Positions 1 through 10,093 of a stretch of 64,000 nucleotides of DNA are shown in pieces (the first letter of the stretch is position 1; each line of letters opens with the position of its first letter). The notes beneath the pieces are model-generated. The model saw only the letters and a program-made list of their open reading frames with translations. It was not told the DNA's origin and did not search any database. A program made the translations under genes and the position numbers. The DNA comes from Candidatus Cloacimonadales bacterium (GTDB lineage Bacteria; Cloacimonadota; Cloacimonadia; Cloacimonadales; JAIOQZ01), in contig CAXXTU010000002.1 in NCBI GenBank assembly GCA_963662655.2, positions 640,001 through 704,000 of the forward strand, in the 5' to 3' direction.

Positions 1-104
1 TTCATCAGGTTGGTCACGGCAAGCGTGGAGCAAATGCCCAAGACCTGCCGCCACACGGAGTTTTCGGTAAAAGCGGCGGTAACAAATATATCTTTCTTAT
101 TCAT
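1..104 (-). CDS. nqrD: Na+-NQR subunit D / RnfE-family membrane subunit (5' end only; runs off the window)
   Basis: Manual translation MNKKDIFVTAAFTENSVWRQVLGICSTLAVTNLM; LGICSxLAVT is typical of NqrD; overlaps the nqrC stop. Confidence 0.75.
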   Translation of the reverse strand, partial: MNKKDIFVTAAFTENSVWRQVLGICSTLAVTNLM

Positions 105-780
105 AATCACGCCCCATCGCCTTCGTCTTTTTTAAGAACTGATCGTGCAGCATTTTGACGATTGCCCCGCTGGAAGCGGTCGCGCCCGTTATCTGGTTGA
201 TCTGTGTCGAACCGGGCGTATCCTCCTCGGGGATCATTTGGAATCGAACGACGGAGTTGTTTTCGATGATTCTCTTGTTGATGAACTGGTTCTTGAACCA
301 GTCTTCCGTGATGCGCCCCCCCAGCCCGGGCGTTTCGTTCTGGGTGATGATCTCGAAATGACGGATGGTCGCAAGATCCGGCGTCACGGAAATCATTGCT
401 TCGATGGTGCCCCAGAGTCCGCTTCCCACCAGCGGGAAAGCATATCCGAGTGTCTCAGATCCATCGACCAGCTTATAGTATTTTTCGTAGTGAACATAGG
501 TCGGGTCTTCATCGGTGGAGACATCGAGCGAATCGACAACCACGCGGCTTGCGAATAGTTTTTCCACCTCTTCCTGCGTGAGCTCAAAGGGATCATCTCC
601 TTCGGGAATATCGAACAGCTTGAGGACGGTTGCGTGCAGCCGATACAGCCGGTAGGCGGTAACGCGATGCGAGGTGGTGTGGTAGAAGGTCGCCAGGATC
701 CCGATAAAGATCACGGTGATGAGAATCATGAACAGCACGGGGTAGAAGCGGCTGTCCGTAAAGGATTTTCGTTCTTTCAT
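97..780 (-). CDS. nqrC: FMN-binding NqrC/RnfG-family subunit
   Basis: N-terminal TM helix, GLWG, ETPGLG and ITGAT flavinylation motif; start moved to ATG 780. Confidence 0.8.
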   Translation of the reverse strand: MKERKSFTDSRFYPVLFMILITVIFIGILATFYHTTSHRVTAYRLYRLHATVLKLFDIPEGDDPFELTQEEVEKLFASRVVVDSLDVSTDEDPTYVHYEKYYKLVDGSETLGYAFPLVGSGLWGTIEAMISVTPDLATIRHFEIITQNETPGLGGRITEDWFKNQFINKRIIENNSVVRFQMIPEEDTPGSTQINQITGATASSGAIVKMLHDQFLKKTKAMGRDYE

Positions 781-793
781 CGACGTCCGCTCC

Positions 794-1708
794 TTATTTC
801 TTTTTTGCTGTGAGTTTGCCGAATCCATGCTCGATGATGGGCATTACGGTGTTTGCCAGAAGCAGCGCGAACATGAAGCCTTCGGGGAACAGGGAGAATC
901 TACGGATGAATACGGTCAGAAACCCGGTGAGGATACCGTAAATCCAGATCGCGTCTATGCGCTTTGGCATGGAAACCGGATCGGTGATCATGAAGATCGC
1001 GCCGAACATCAATCCGCCCGAAAGCATCATGGGCAGTGGATTATCCCCGTAAAAAAGTACGCTGAACAACGCGAAGCTCGCCAGGGTCGCCACGATCGGC
1101 TGCCACTTGGCGGTCTTGGATGTAACCAGATAGAGCCCGGCCAGCACGATTAACAGCGCGGAGGTCTCGCCCAGGCATCCCGGAATGAATCCGAGAAACA
1201 GGTTGAGCATCGTTGGCGCAGTATGTGGATCCCCGAGCGTCGCGATCGGAGTCGCTGAAGTTATCTGGGCAGTGTTCATCCAGGTGGCGAATCCCGCGGG
1301 AAACTTCATCAGCGGCTCCAGCCAGACGGTCTGCATCGCCTTGGGGAAGGATATGTAAATAAATGTACGCCCGACAATCGCCGGATTGAAAACGTTCATC
1401 CCGAATCCACCGAAAACCATCTTCCCGAATGTCACGCCGACAACCGCGCCGACGACGGCAATCCAGAACGGTACGGTTGGTGGAAGCGTCATGGCGAGCA
1501 GCGTTCCGGTGACGAATATCGCCATAGAAACCTTGCCGCCTTTGCGCTGGCGAATGAAGAGGTACTCGGTAACGAAAGCCGCGATATTGGTTATCGCCAC
1601 AACCGCCAGTACCCGCCAGCCGCTCAAGAATATCGACAGAATCATGATGGGGATCAGCGCGATCAACACGCGATTCATCATGACCTGCTTCATGAATATT
1701 TTATTCAT
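794..1708 (-). CDS. nqrB: NqrB/RnfD-family membrane subunit
   Basis: GKMVFGGFGMNVFNPA, TSATP (FMN-Thr), GETS and FMITDPVS motifs; start ATG 1708 after GAGG. Confidence 0.8.
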   Translation of the reverse strand: MNKIFMKQVMMNRVLIALIPIMILSIFLSGWRVLAVVAITNIAAFVTEYLFIRQRKGGKVSMAIFVTGTLLAMTLPPTVPFWIAVVGAVVGVTFGKMVFGGFGMNVFNPAIVGRTFIYISFPKAMQTVWLEPLMKFPAGFATWMNTAQITSATPIATLGDPHTAPTMLNLFLGFIPGCLGETSALLIVLAGLYLVTSKTAKWQPIVATLASFALFSVLFYGDNPLPMMLSGGLMFGAIFMITDPVSMPKRIDAIWIYGILTGFLTVFIRRFSLFPEGFMFALLLANTVMPIIEHGFGKLTAKKK

Positions 1709-1970
1709 CAACACCTCGCAGTATTCTAATATACAATTCTTCAATATCTAAAAAAGCATTACAACGGTGTTCGCGTCAATCATTTTTACAATAATCTCCC
1801 TGATTCAAGGTAATGAATCTTGTGAGAACGGCAACATCTTCTGCATTCAATATTGAGATACCTTCCAAAAAAACTTTACAAGTATTCCCTTACTCGATTT
1901 GTTTGGCTGAGATGCGTATATTGGATTTTTATGCGCATCGATAACGATGAAGGATAATCAGGGATAGTCT

Positions 1971-4517
1971 ATGAGACGATTCATATTACTTACTTTATTG
2001 GTAATAGTTACTACAATTGCAGCGGTAGAACAGATCGATCTGAATACCGCGACACTGGACGAAATTTTAACGCTTCCCATCTCCGAGAAACAAGCGCTAG
2101 ACATCTACGAGTACCGACTCTATGTTGCTTTCTTCGAGAGTGTGTACGATCTTCGCAAGATCGATTCGATCGACCAGACCACGCTCTTGAAACTCAAGCC
2201 GCTTGTCATGATCTCTCATTACTCGGATCTGGATGACGCCGAACAACGTCGCGAAGAGATCGCCTACCTCATCGAGCGTCTCGGTAGCAACGAAGGAAGC
2301 CAGGAAGGGACATCGGACGTGTGGGAAGATTATCTGATCACCCCCCGCAATGTCAACAGGATGTTCTTCTCCGATATCCTCAACTTCCCGAGCGTTTCTC
2401 CCGTCGATGCGGCTTCCGTCAGAAGACGCATTGCGAACAAGGATTCCATCACGAGTTGGCCGGACCTCCGCAGTACGGACGGCGCATCGTTTTACGGCAT
2501 GAGAAATCTACGCAACTACGTATATTATACGGATCCCCCCGTACAGGATCGCCTATTCTTCGATTACCAGTTCAAGTACAGCGATGCCCCGCCGGAGGAA
2601 GATGAAGAAGAAGCCCAGCTCACGCAGGAGGCTTCGACGAACGACGATCGTCTTCAGGACGATTTCGAGCCCGAGCTCATGAACAAGCTTCGCATCCGCT
2701 ATGGAAACACCTGGAAAGCCGGCATGATGATCTTCAACCGCAAGGGCGAGGATGGGCTTTTCGATATGACCGCCGACGAAATGTGGGAAGACGGAAAGTT
2801 CTTCGTGGGCTACGAGGATTTCCAGCCGTGGCTTTTCAACAGCTATTTGAAGGTGTACCTCGGTGATTACCGCGCCACGTACGGAGAAGGCCTGGTCATG
2901 GAAAACACCGATTTCTACAGCTCTCGCAAAACAGGTATGGGTTTCAGCAAACGCATCACCGGAATTATTGGCGATCTCTCCCGTACAAGCGAATACGCCC
3001 TCCGCGGTGGTGCTGTGGAATGGAAAACGGATAAATTCAACGTAACGATGTTCGCGTCGAGCGACAAGAAGGACGCCGTACTTTACGACAGCAACGGTGA
3101 CGGTTGGTTCGGCAACGACGACGACGAGGATATGGACGACAAGGACATGGTGTTCTCCTACATCACCATGAACAACCGCCCGGACGATTCGTCCCGTGAG
3201 ATACTCGGGTCCGAGAACCTCGCCGTGGTGCGCGATGCCCTTCAGGAAGACATCCTGGGCGGACACATCGAGTACTCGCCTATCATCGGAACGCATATCG
3301 GTATGACGGCTTACGAAGCGCGTTACGACCGCTATTTCTCTGTCCCATCGGATATGGATAGCCTGGAAACTGTTCTCCTCGGTTCTCCGGAAGACGACGC
3401 TGAAAAGGTGAAGATTCCGGATAGCGAAATACTGGGCCTCTACTCGACGAAGACCGATAGCTACAAGCGCGATTACCGTCGCGTCTACGGCATCGATTTC
3501 GGCACCACGCTCGACTTCATGTCGATCCAGGGTGAATACGCGGAGCTGGAAGTCGACGGCAACTTCGGCAAGATCGGCGACGATCCCAAGGCGATGCTCA
3601 CCAGCGCGTACACGCAGTTCGACAACCTGAACTTCCTCGCGCTCTACCGCAACTACGATCTCGATTTCGACAACCCCTACGGACGCGGATTCTCCGAGCA
3701 CCAGAAGTTCGACGATTCCATGTTCGACAAATACGATTATGTTCTTACGAACGGCGACCTGGTTTACATGTATCTCAACTCGGCGCAGGCGCAGGCGGAA
3801 GAGGGTATCTACCTCGAGACAAGATACCAGTTCAACCGGTATCTGACCATCAACCGCGCCTACATCGATATCTGGGAAAGAAAATGCGATGCACGCCGCT
3901 CGGTGCGTTTCCAGGGCGAGCTTGAATTCAAGCCGTTCCATCAGCTCAGGATTCGCCCCAAATACAAACACCAGGTCAACCGCTACGACGACTATATGGA
4001 TCGCGCGGTTTCCACCACTGACGAATACACCATTCAGTTCCGAGCGCTGCTTTCGAAGCGGGATTTCTTCCAGCTCGAGTATCGCTACAACCAGGTGGAG
4101 ATGCCTCCGTACCCGTACCTGACCAACACGCCCGAACCCGGCGACGACACCCTCACCCAGGGAACCGTGCTGATTCACGGCGATTACATCAACGTGGATT
4201 ACACCCACTACTTCAACGACTATTTCAAGGTGAAAGGCGCGTTCTGCTTCTGGGACGGTCACGGGATCAGTCATTGGGACTGGGAAGACATGGAGATCGA
4301 CTTCATGGGAGAGCGCGGCTACAAGTACTGGTTCACGGTGCAGGATCGCATCTCGAAAAACGTTTATTTCTCGATCAAATACAAATTCAAGAAGTATAAA
4401 ACCAAAGTTCTGGACGGACGCGAGTGGGACAACTCGGAGTGGGACGACGGAACCCAATATACCAAAGTTGAGAACGAACAGCAGTCGATCCGACTTCAAA
4501 TTGACTGGAAATTCTGA
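1971..4517 (+). CDS. Secreted helix-hairpin-helix (ComEA-like HHH_3) protein with predicted C-terminal outer-membrane beta-barrel
   Basis: Signal peptide, IDLNTATLDEILTLP and a second HhH-like repeat (RNVNRM...ILNFPSV), alternating beta strands, C-terminal LQIDWKF. Confidence 0.7.
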   Translation: MRRFILLTLLVIVTTIAAVEQIDLNTATLDEILTLPISEKQALDIYEYRLYVAFFESVYDLRKIDSIDQTTLLKLKPLVMISHYSDLDDAEQRREEIAYLIERLGSNEGSQEGTSDVWEDYLITPRNVNRMFFSDILNFPSVSPVDAASVRRRIANKDSITSWPDLRSTDGASFYGMRNLRNYVYYTDPPVQDRLFFDYQFKYSDAPPEEDEEEAQLTQEASTNDDRLQDDFEPELMNKLRIRYGNTWKAGMMIFNRKGEDGLFDMTADEMWEDGKFFVGYEDFQPWLFNSYLKVYLGDYRATYGEGLVMENTDFYSSRKTGMGFSKRITGIIGDLSRTSEYALRGGAVEWKTDKFNVTMFASSDKKDAVLYDSNGDGWFGNDDDEDMDDKDMVFSYITMNNRPDDSSREILGSENLAVVRDALQEDILGGHIEYSPIIGTHIGMTAYEARYDRYFSVPSDMDSLETVLLGSPEDDAEKVKIPDSEILGLYSTKTDSYKRDYRRVYGIDFGTTLDFMSIQGEYAELEVDGNFGKIGDDPKAMLTSAYTQFDNLNFLALYRNYDLDFDNPYGRGFSEHQKFDDSMFDKYDYVLTNGDLVYMYLNSAQAQAEEGIYLETRYQFNRYLTINRAYIDIWERKCDARRSVRFQGELEFKPFHQLRIRPKYKHQVNRYDDYMDRAVSTTDEYTIQFRALLSKRDFFQLEYRYNQVEMPPYPYLTNTPEPGDDTLTQGTVLIHGDYINVDYTHYFNDYFKVKGAFCFWDGHGISHWDWEDMEIDFMGERGYKYWFTVQDRISKNVYFSIKYKFKKYKTKVLDGREWDNSEWDDGTQYTKVENEQQSIRLQIDWKF

Positions 4518-4567
4518 TGAAAATGAAAAAGCATAAGATAGAAAATTTAAAACCTCTTGGAGGATCA

Positions 4568-5956
4568 ATGTATAGACGTCTGTTTATAAAAAGCTTATAT
4601 GTTGTTACGCTGGTATTGTTCGCCTCTTCACTGGCGGGATACTCGCTGCTGGAGGCCGGTTACGAACCCTACTTCCAGACGGATGGACTCGGTAACTATG
4701 TCGGTATCACCGACGCACGTTCCGGTGCGATGGGTGGAGCTGGCGTGTTTGGTGGACAGCGCTTTCTGGACACCACGATCAACCCGGCCAGCATCATGTT
4801 TCTCGATCCCGGTTACGGCGGTGAGATCAACTACGGTCTCATGCGCACGAACGACCGTCGCAGCATGCCGATATACAGCTTCTTCGACGAGTACGTAGAT
4901 GAAGGGACATGTTCGTACAACAGCGACTGGTATGACGAAGCGGCTATCGGCGGTTACTACATGCAGGATATCTCTCGTGCCGGATTCGGTGTGGGATTGT
5001 CCTACACACCGCGTTTGAACTTCGATGCGACCTATAACGAAGACGTTCGCAACGACGACAGCTCGGATGACAACCAGTATCCGTTCATCATCGCAAAGAA
5101 TTCGATCGAAAGCGAAGGCGCGATCCGCTCGACCAATCTCGCAATTGCAGGCAGCTTCTCAAAGCTTGGTTTTGTCGATCTCATGAGCCTTGGCGTTCAG
5201 ATCGCTTTCTACGAAGGTGAACACAACCGCACGAAGCGAATCGAATGGACGGATGAAGCACGTCAGGTTGTGCAGAACTTCGAACTTCCAGATTACTACG
5301 AAAAAATGGGACGCGAGTTCAGCGGTACCGGTTTCAACATCGGCTTCAACCTTCATTTTGCCGATCATTACGGCTTCGCGTTTACCTATACACCCAAGAC
5401 GGAGCTCGAGGTGGACTACTCCTACAAACTCGATTCCTATCAGGGACAGATGGAAGCCGACTTGGACGTCGACGATTTTGTGATGCCGTCAAGAATGCGC
5501 TTCGGTCTGCTTTACAAACCGCAAAATGTTATGAAGACTTTCGTGAATGTCGATATGGAGATCGTGAACTGGTCAGAGGTCGAAGACTACTACGATGACG
5601 CCATCAACTTCTATCTCGGTGTCGAGCATCGTGTTTACGAGACCATGCCGATTCGAATCGGTTTCCGCTACGAGACCCTGCCCATCGATTCGATCGCAAT
5701 GCCGACCTTCACTTGCGGGACCGGGTTCGAGGTTTACGGACCGCTCCGGTTCGATTTCTCCATCGAATATTCTCATCGCAAATATCAGGGTGAGGACTTA
5801 TTCCCAGAATCTTATTACAATGATGAAAACTATGCGGAAAGCGCATCGTACGAATCCCAGCTCTGGAACTATGTTGTTCCGACGGATCGTACGGAATCGG
5901 ATAAAGTCGATGAGACGTTCCTGAAATTCCAGAGCGCTTTGACGTTAACGTTTTAA
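4568..5956 (+). CDS. Outer-membrane beta-barrel protein (FadL/PorV-like)
   Basis: Signal peptide, DARSGAMGGAG...INPA motif, terminal Phe; GGAGG RBS before ATG 4568. Confidence 0.65.
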   Translation: MYRRLFIKSLYVVTLVLFASSLAGYSLLEAGYEPYFQTDGLGNYVGITDARSGAMGGAGVFGGQRFLDTTINPASIMFLDPGYGGEINYGLMRTNDRRSMPIYSFFDEYVDEGTCSYNSDWYDEAAIGGYYMQDISRAGFGVGLSYTPRLNFDATYNEDVRNDDSSDDNQYPFIIAKNSIESEGAIRSTNLAIAGSFSKLGFVDLMSLGVQIAFYEGEHNRTKRIEWTDEARQVVQNFELPDYYEKMGREFSGTGFNIGFNLHFADHYGFAFTYTPKTELEVDYSYKLDSYQGQMEADLDVDDFVMPSRMRFGLLYKPQNVMKTFVNVDMEIVNWSEVEDYYDDAINFYLGVEHRVYETMPIRIGFRYETLPIDSIAMPTFTCGTGFEVYGPLRFDFSIEYSHRKYQGEDLFPESYYNDENYAESASYESQLWNYVVPTDRTESDKVDETFLKFQSALTLTF

Positions 5957-5971
5957 TTGAGGCAATATATA

Positions 5972-7639
5972 ATGTATCGCGTACTCCTGATTGTATTTAT
6001 TCTATTGTTCTCGCAGCTGTTCTGTGAGACTCTCAAGCTTGATATCATGTTTACCAATGACGTTCATGGCGGAATCGACCGCTACGACGCCACGTTCATG
6101 AATCCCGATTTCCCACCGGTACTGGGCGGCGGCGCTTCTGCCGCGACCTATATCAAGGAAGTTCGCGCGCTGTCCGATGGAAAGACGCGTGAGAACCTGC
6201 TCGTCGATGCAGGCGACTTCTTCCAGGGGCATCCGGTAGGAACGGTCAGTAAGGGTAAATCTGTGATCGACTACATGAACGAGATCGGTTACGAGCTGAT
6301 GGTCATTGGTAACCACGAGTACGATATCGGCGAGGAAGAGCTGGTCAAGACTTTGAAGTTTGCGAAGTTTCCGATTCTTTCCTGCAACATTATCGACAGA
6401 AGAACCAACGAGCTTGTCGATTACGCGATTCCATACATCATTTTGGAGAAGATGGGCTTGCGCATCGGTATCGTGGGCGTTACCACCACCGATACGGAGC
6501 TGATGAGTTTCCCCGAGCACATCAAAAACGTGGATTTCACAAATGCGAAAGAAGCGCTGGGAAAATATATTCCCATCGTCAGGGAGCAGGGTGTTGACCT
6601 GTTAATCGTCGTTGGGCACATGGGATTGCCTTACTACCCGGAACCCGTTTATAAAACGCGTTATGTCGAAGGCAAAGCTTATACGAAGGAACGCTATTGG
6701 GGATATGATTCGCAAGAGCTGGCTCACGAGGTGGAGGGGATCGATCTCTTGATCGGTGGTCACATGCACAAGGGTTTCTACGAGCCTTGGGAAGACCCGG
6801 TAACCCATACGCTTGCCGTTCAGGGTTACGCCTACGGAAGCAATGTGGGGCATATCACGCTTCTTATCGACAAGGACACCAAGACCCTTGCCGGATGGGA
6901 ATCCCCTGCTTACGATAACATCCTGATTACACTTTTCGAAGACGAATACATCCCGGATCCCGCCATTTCCGACACGATTCTCGCCATGACGCGCGAAGCG
7001 GAAAAGGGCATGGACGAGGTGATCGGCGAATCGGCGATCCACCTTTCAAGGGACGGTAACGGACCGCAGAACCTGATCGGCAATCTCGTGGTTGAATCGA
7101 TGAAGGCTGAGATGAACGCGGACTTCGCGTTCATGAACCTCGGCGGTATCCGCGCGGATCTGCCGTTGGGGCCAATAACGTATCGCGATGTGTTCAACGT
7201 GTTGCCGTTCGATAGCCAGATTGTTGTATTCGAATGCGACGGCAATTTCCTGAAATGGATCATCGAGAAGCGCGTGGAGGGATCGCGTCACGGGCTGCGC
7301 ACAGCCGGTATCAAGGTTACGGTCGACCGTGATCGACCGGATTTCGATCGCGTAGTCGATCTGTGGATTGGTGACGAATACTGGGATCCCAACAAGATTT
7401 ACCGCGTTGCCACCAGCGACTTCCTCATGCAGGGAAACGCAGGTCTGACAAAGCTTACGAATATTCCCGAAGAAGATATTACAAGGCACGAGACCATCAT
7501 TCGCGACGTAATCGTGAATTACATCAAGAAGAACTCGCCGGTCAGCACGAAGATCGATAATCGCTGGACTCGGGACGATGGTGTTGGGTATTCGGAAAAG
7601 ATGCGGGAAGCGCTTCAAAAATCGTCTGTTAAAAAATGA
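5972..7639 (+). CDS. Secreted bifunctional UDP-sugar hydrolase / 5'-nucleotidase
   Basis: FTNDVHG, DAGDFFQG, GNHEYD and GGHMH metallophosphoesterase motifs; C-terminal NLGGIRAD domain. Confidence 0.9.
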   Translation: MYRVLLIVFILLFSQLFCETLKLDIMFTNDVHGGIDRYDATFMNPDFPPVLGGGASAATYIKEVRALSDGKTRENLLVDAGDFFQGHPVGTVSKGKSVIDYMNEIGYELMVIGNHEYDIGEEELVKTLKFAKFPILSCNIIDRRTNELVDYAIPYIILEKMGLRIGIVGVTTTDTELMSFPEHIKNVDFTNAKEALGKYIPIVREQGVDLLIVVGHMGLPYYPEPVYKTRYVEGKAYTKERYWGYDSQELAHEVEGIDLLIGGHMHKGFYEPWEDPVTHTLAVQGYAYGSNVGHITLLIDKDTKTLAGWESPAYDNILITLFEDEYIPDPAISDTILAMTREAEKGMDEVIGESAIHLSRDGNGPQNLIGNLVVESMKAEMNADFAFMNLGGIRADLPLGPITYRDVFNVLPFDSQIVVFECDGNFLKWIIEKRVEGSRHGLRTAGIKVTVDRDRPDFDRVVDLWIGDEYWDPNKIYRVATSDFLMQGNAGLTKLTNIPEEDITRHETIIRDVIVNYIKKNSPVSTKIDNRWTRDDGVGYSEKMREALQKSSVKK

Positions 7640-7993
7640 GTTGACAATCTCGTAGAAACAGGTATTTTGTTTAGCGAAGAGTATATCGAACGAGTGACAA
7701 TGAAACTCATTCAGGCGGTAGCATATATTTGATAGCAAGCCAATAATTCATATATTTCCCTAAAAGCTTGAGCGTATTTCTGAAATTAGCAAGTAACATT
7801 TGTATTTCGAATACGTTCTGAATAATGAAACGTCAGGTTGCACGATAATTTTGGATTCCCAATATTGTAGCATTCCGGCACCTTTTCCGATATCAATTTG
7901 TCGTAACTTAGCTGGCATCGGTATTCGGATTTCACAAACAAAATATTATCCTTTGATGATAAATCAAGCAGGACACAATACGGAGTAAACATT

Positions 7994-8836
7994 ATGCTGA
8001 AGGACATTGGAAGACTCGACACGGACATGACGCGAGAGATCGATGCAAGACTGGAAGAGGTCTTCGAACTGCTGAACAAGAACAATGCAAAATCCAAGAC
8101 GGAAGCTGTGAAACAATTGAATTCCATGGCGAAATCGCCTAACTATTTCGTTCGGGAGTATCTCGGAAAACAGATGCTGAGCTTTCACGACAGGGAGCTG
8201 ATGAATGAAATTGCCAGGAAGATGATATCCCATAAGTTTTATGGCATACGTGCAACCGCGCTTTTTTATTTTATCACTTTGTATGAAAACAATCCCGAGA
8301 AGGTGCTCGAGATTCTCGAAGATCTCTTCGAGAGCGTTCCGTGGGAAGTGGAAAGTGTTATCAACGATCTCTGGCGCAGCCATCCGGAAGTCATGAAGAA
8401 GAACATGCTCAAGTGGTTGAAGTCGGAGAACGAAACCAAGCGCGCGTTGTCGTTCCACGGCATGGAGAACATCGCGAACCAGGATCCTGTTTACATCATG
8501 GATTTCATCAATCGCGCCATTGACGACGAGAGCATGGAAGTCCAGAAGAAGATTACCCACATACTCACGCAAGTCGCACGTTCCCGACCGGCCGAGTGTT
8601 ACCCTTACATTCACGAATGGTTGCTCGAAGCAGATGAGAAGCGGATGAAAACCTTGTGGGTCTCCATGAAGAAGCTGGCAAACATCGTCGTGCAGAAAAG
8701 CCGCAGAGACAAGTCGCAGGAATTCATCATGCTTACGCACCGGACAATTCAGGATTGGCGCAACGACGAGAATCCGAACGTCTCTGAAATGGGGGGCAAG
8801 CTCTCTGGCATCTTGAAGAACAACCGACATCAATAA
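7994..8836 (+). CDS. HEAT-repeat protein (DNA alkylation repair enzyme-like)
   Basis: All-helical repeats such as SPNYFVRE, WLKSENETKRA and DDESMEVQK. Confidence 0.6.
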   Translation: MLKDIGRLDTDMTREIDARLEEVFELLNKNNAKSKTEAVKQLNSMAKSPNYFVREYLGKQMLSFHDRELMNEIARKMISHKFYGIRATALFYFITLYENNPEKVLEILEDLFESVPWEVESVINDLWRSHPEVMKKNMLKWLKSENETKRALSFHGMENIANQDPVYIMDFINRAIDDESMEVQKKITHILTQVARSRPAECYPYIHEWLLEADEKRMKTLWVSMKKLANIVVQKSRRDKSQEFIMLTHRTIQDWRNDENPNVSEMGGKLSGILKNNRHQ

Positions 8837-8891
8837 CGGAAATTGCATCATTCACCGAGTGGGCTCGAAAAGAGTCGGATGACCGCTAACC

Positions 8892-9055
8892 GCGCGGCGG
8901 GGCGGCGTTGAATCACAATAGCCCGACACATATATACGCTGGAATCGAAGGATTTGAATTGGATATAGCGTACCTATGTATCGGGCTTTATTTGTGATTC
9001 TGCAAGGCATTCAGCCTTGCTGGTGCGCGAAGCGCACAACGCCGCCCCGCCGCGC
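8892..9055. repeat. Multi-hairpin palindromic element (four-way junction; REP/MITE-like or structured RNA)
   Basis: Perfect 19-bp inverted repeat 8892-8910/9037-9055 enclosing a long imperfect hairpin (8910-9000) and two short hairpins (9002-9020, 9023-9037 with a GCGAAGC core). Confidence 0.8.
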
Positions 9056-9094
9056 TGAGCATGCTGAGCAAATTCGAGATGGGAGATTGCTTTT

Positions 9095-10084
9095 TTACGC
9101 TTTCAGGTGATTCTTGAAAGAGTCGATAATTTCGTCGGGCAGAATCGGATGGATCCCCATTTTTCCGCAGACCTTGCCGGCAGCGTGGTTTGCGATGAGG
9201 GCGGAAGTTCGCATGTCGCATCCGGCGGCCAGGCAGAGTGTCAGGGTACTTATCACGGTATCGCCTGCGCCTGAAACGTCGTAGACTTCCATCGCGAAGG
9301 TCGGAATGCTTATGGGATCGGCGGTTCTGGAGAATACGGAGAGTCCTTTTTCGCTGCGGGTAACGACTACGTATTCGGGTTCAAGCCGATCGAGAAGTTT
9401 GTGGGCCGCAGCGAGGAAATCGTCTTCGGATTTGATCTCGATCCCGAGATTCTTCTCCGTCTCCTTGAGGTTGGGCTTGAACACCGTGCAATTCTTGTAG
9501 GCGAAGAAGTTACGGAACTTCGGGTCCACGGTTACGATTTTATCCAGCTTGTTGCACGTATCGATTACGGTGTTGATGACGCGCTCGGTAAGCAATCCTT
9601 TATTGTAGTCCTCGATAAGCACCGCGTCAACTTGCGGAATGAGCGCTTCGAATCGTTCGATGATTCTGTCCTCGACATCCCTTGCCACGTCGTCGTCATT
9701 CTCGCGGTCGATACGCACAACCTGCTGATTATGCGCAATGACTCGCGTCTTTATGGTCGTGTTACGGCTTTCATCTGCAATCAATTCGAGGTTCGAGATT
9801 CCGTTTGCGATGAAGATATCCCGCATACGCTCTGCGTTCTGATCGTTTCCGATAAGACCGAGTACGTAGGGAACTGCTCCCAGCGCGTGGATGTTGTTCA
9901 CCACATTCGCTGCGCCTCCAAGGCGGAAATCTTCCTTCCTGACCTCTACGACAGGCACCGGAGCTTCCGGAGATATCCTGTCAACCTTCCCCCAGATATA
10001 ATGGTCGATCATCAAATCGCCGATAACGAGCACTCTTTTGTTCTTGAACTGGTCGATTATCTTTCTCAATTCGCTGATCTGCAT
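9095..10084 (-). CDS. hldA: D-glycero-beta-D-manno-heptose-7-phosphate kinase (RfaE1/HldA)
   Basis: RISPEAPVPVV, GGAANV, EDYNKG and DVSGAGDT PfkB motifs. Confidence 0.92.
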   Translation of the reverse strand: MQISELRKIIDQFKNKRVLVIGDLMIDHYIWGKVDRISPEAPVPVVEVRKEDFRLGGAANVVNNIHALGAVPYVLGLIGNDQNAERMRDIFIANGISNLELIADESRNTTIKTRVIAHNQQVVRIDRENDDDVARDVEDRIIERFEALIPQVDAVLIEDYNKGLLTERVINTVIDTCNKLDKIVTVDPKFRNFFAYKNCTVFKPNLKETEKNLGIEIKSEDDFLAAAHKLLDRLEPEYVVVTRSEKGLSVFSRTADPISIPTFAMEVYDVSGAGDTVISTLTLCLAAGCDMRTSALIANHAAGKVCGKMGIHPILPDEIIDSFKNHLKA

Positions 10085-10093
10085 TACATCCTC

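Noticed and set aside
2553..4568. 671-aa antisense ORF, and similar long shadows at 21316-22872, 28462-29514 and 40413-42035
   Set aside because: They lie opposite well-supported genes, have no recognisable motifs, and are expected from codon bias suppressing antisense stops
7786..8127. Short ORFs 7800-7988 (+) and 7786-8127 (-)
   Set aside because: No RBS or motifs, non-ATG starts, and the minus-strand ORF overlaps the HEAT-repeat gene
9095..10084. Split heptose kinase and adenylyltransferase (hldA here, hldC at 32403) as a novelty
   Set aside because: Separate RfaE1/RfaE2 genes are common outside Enterobacterales
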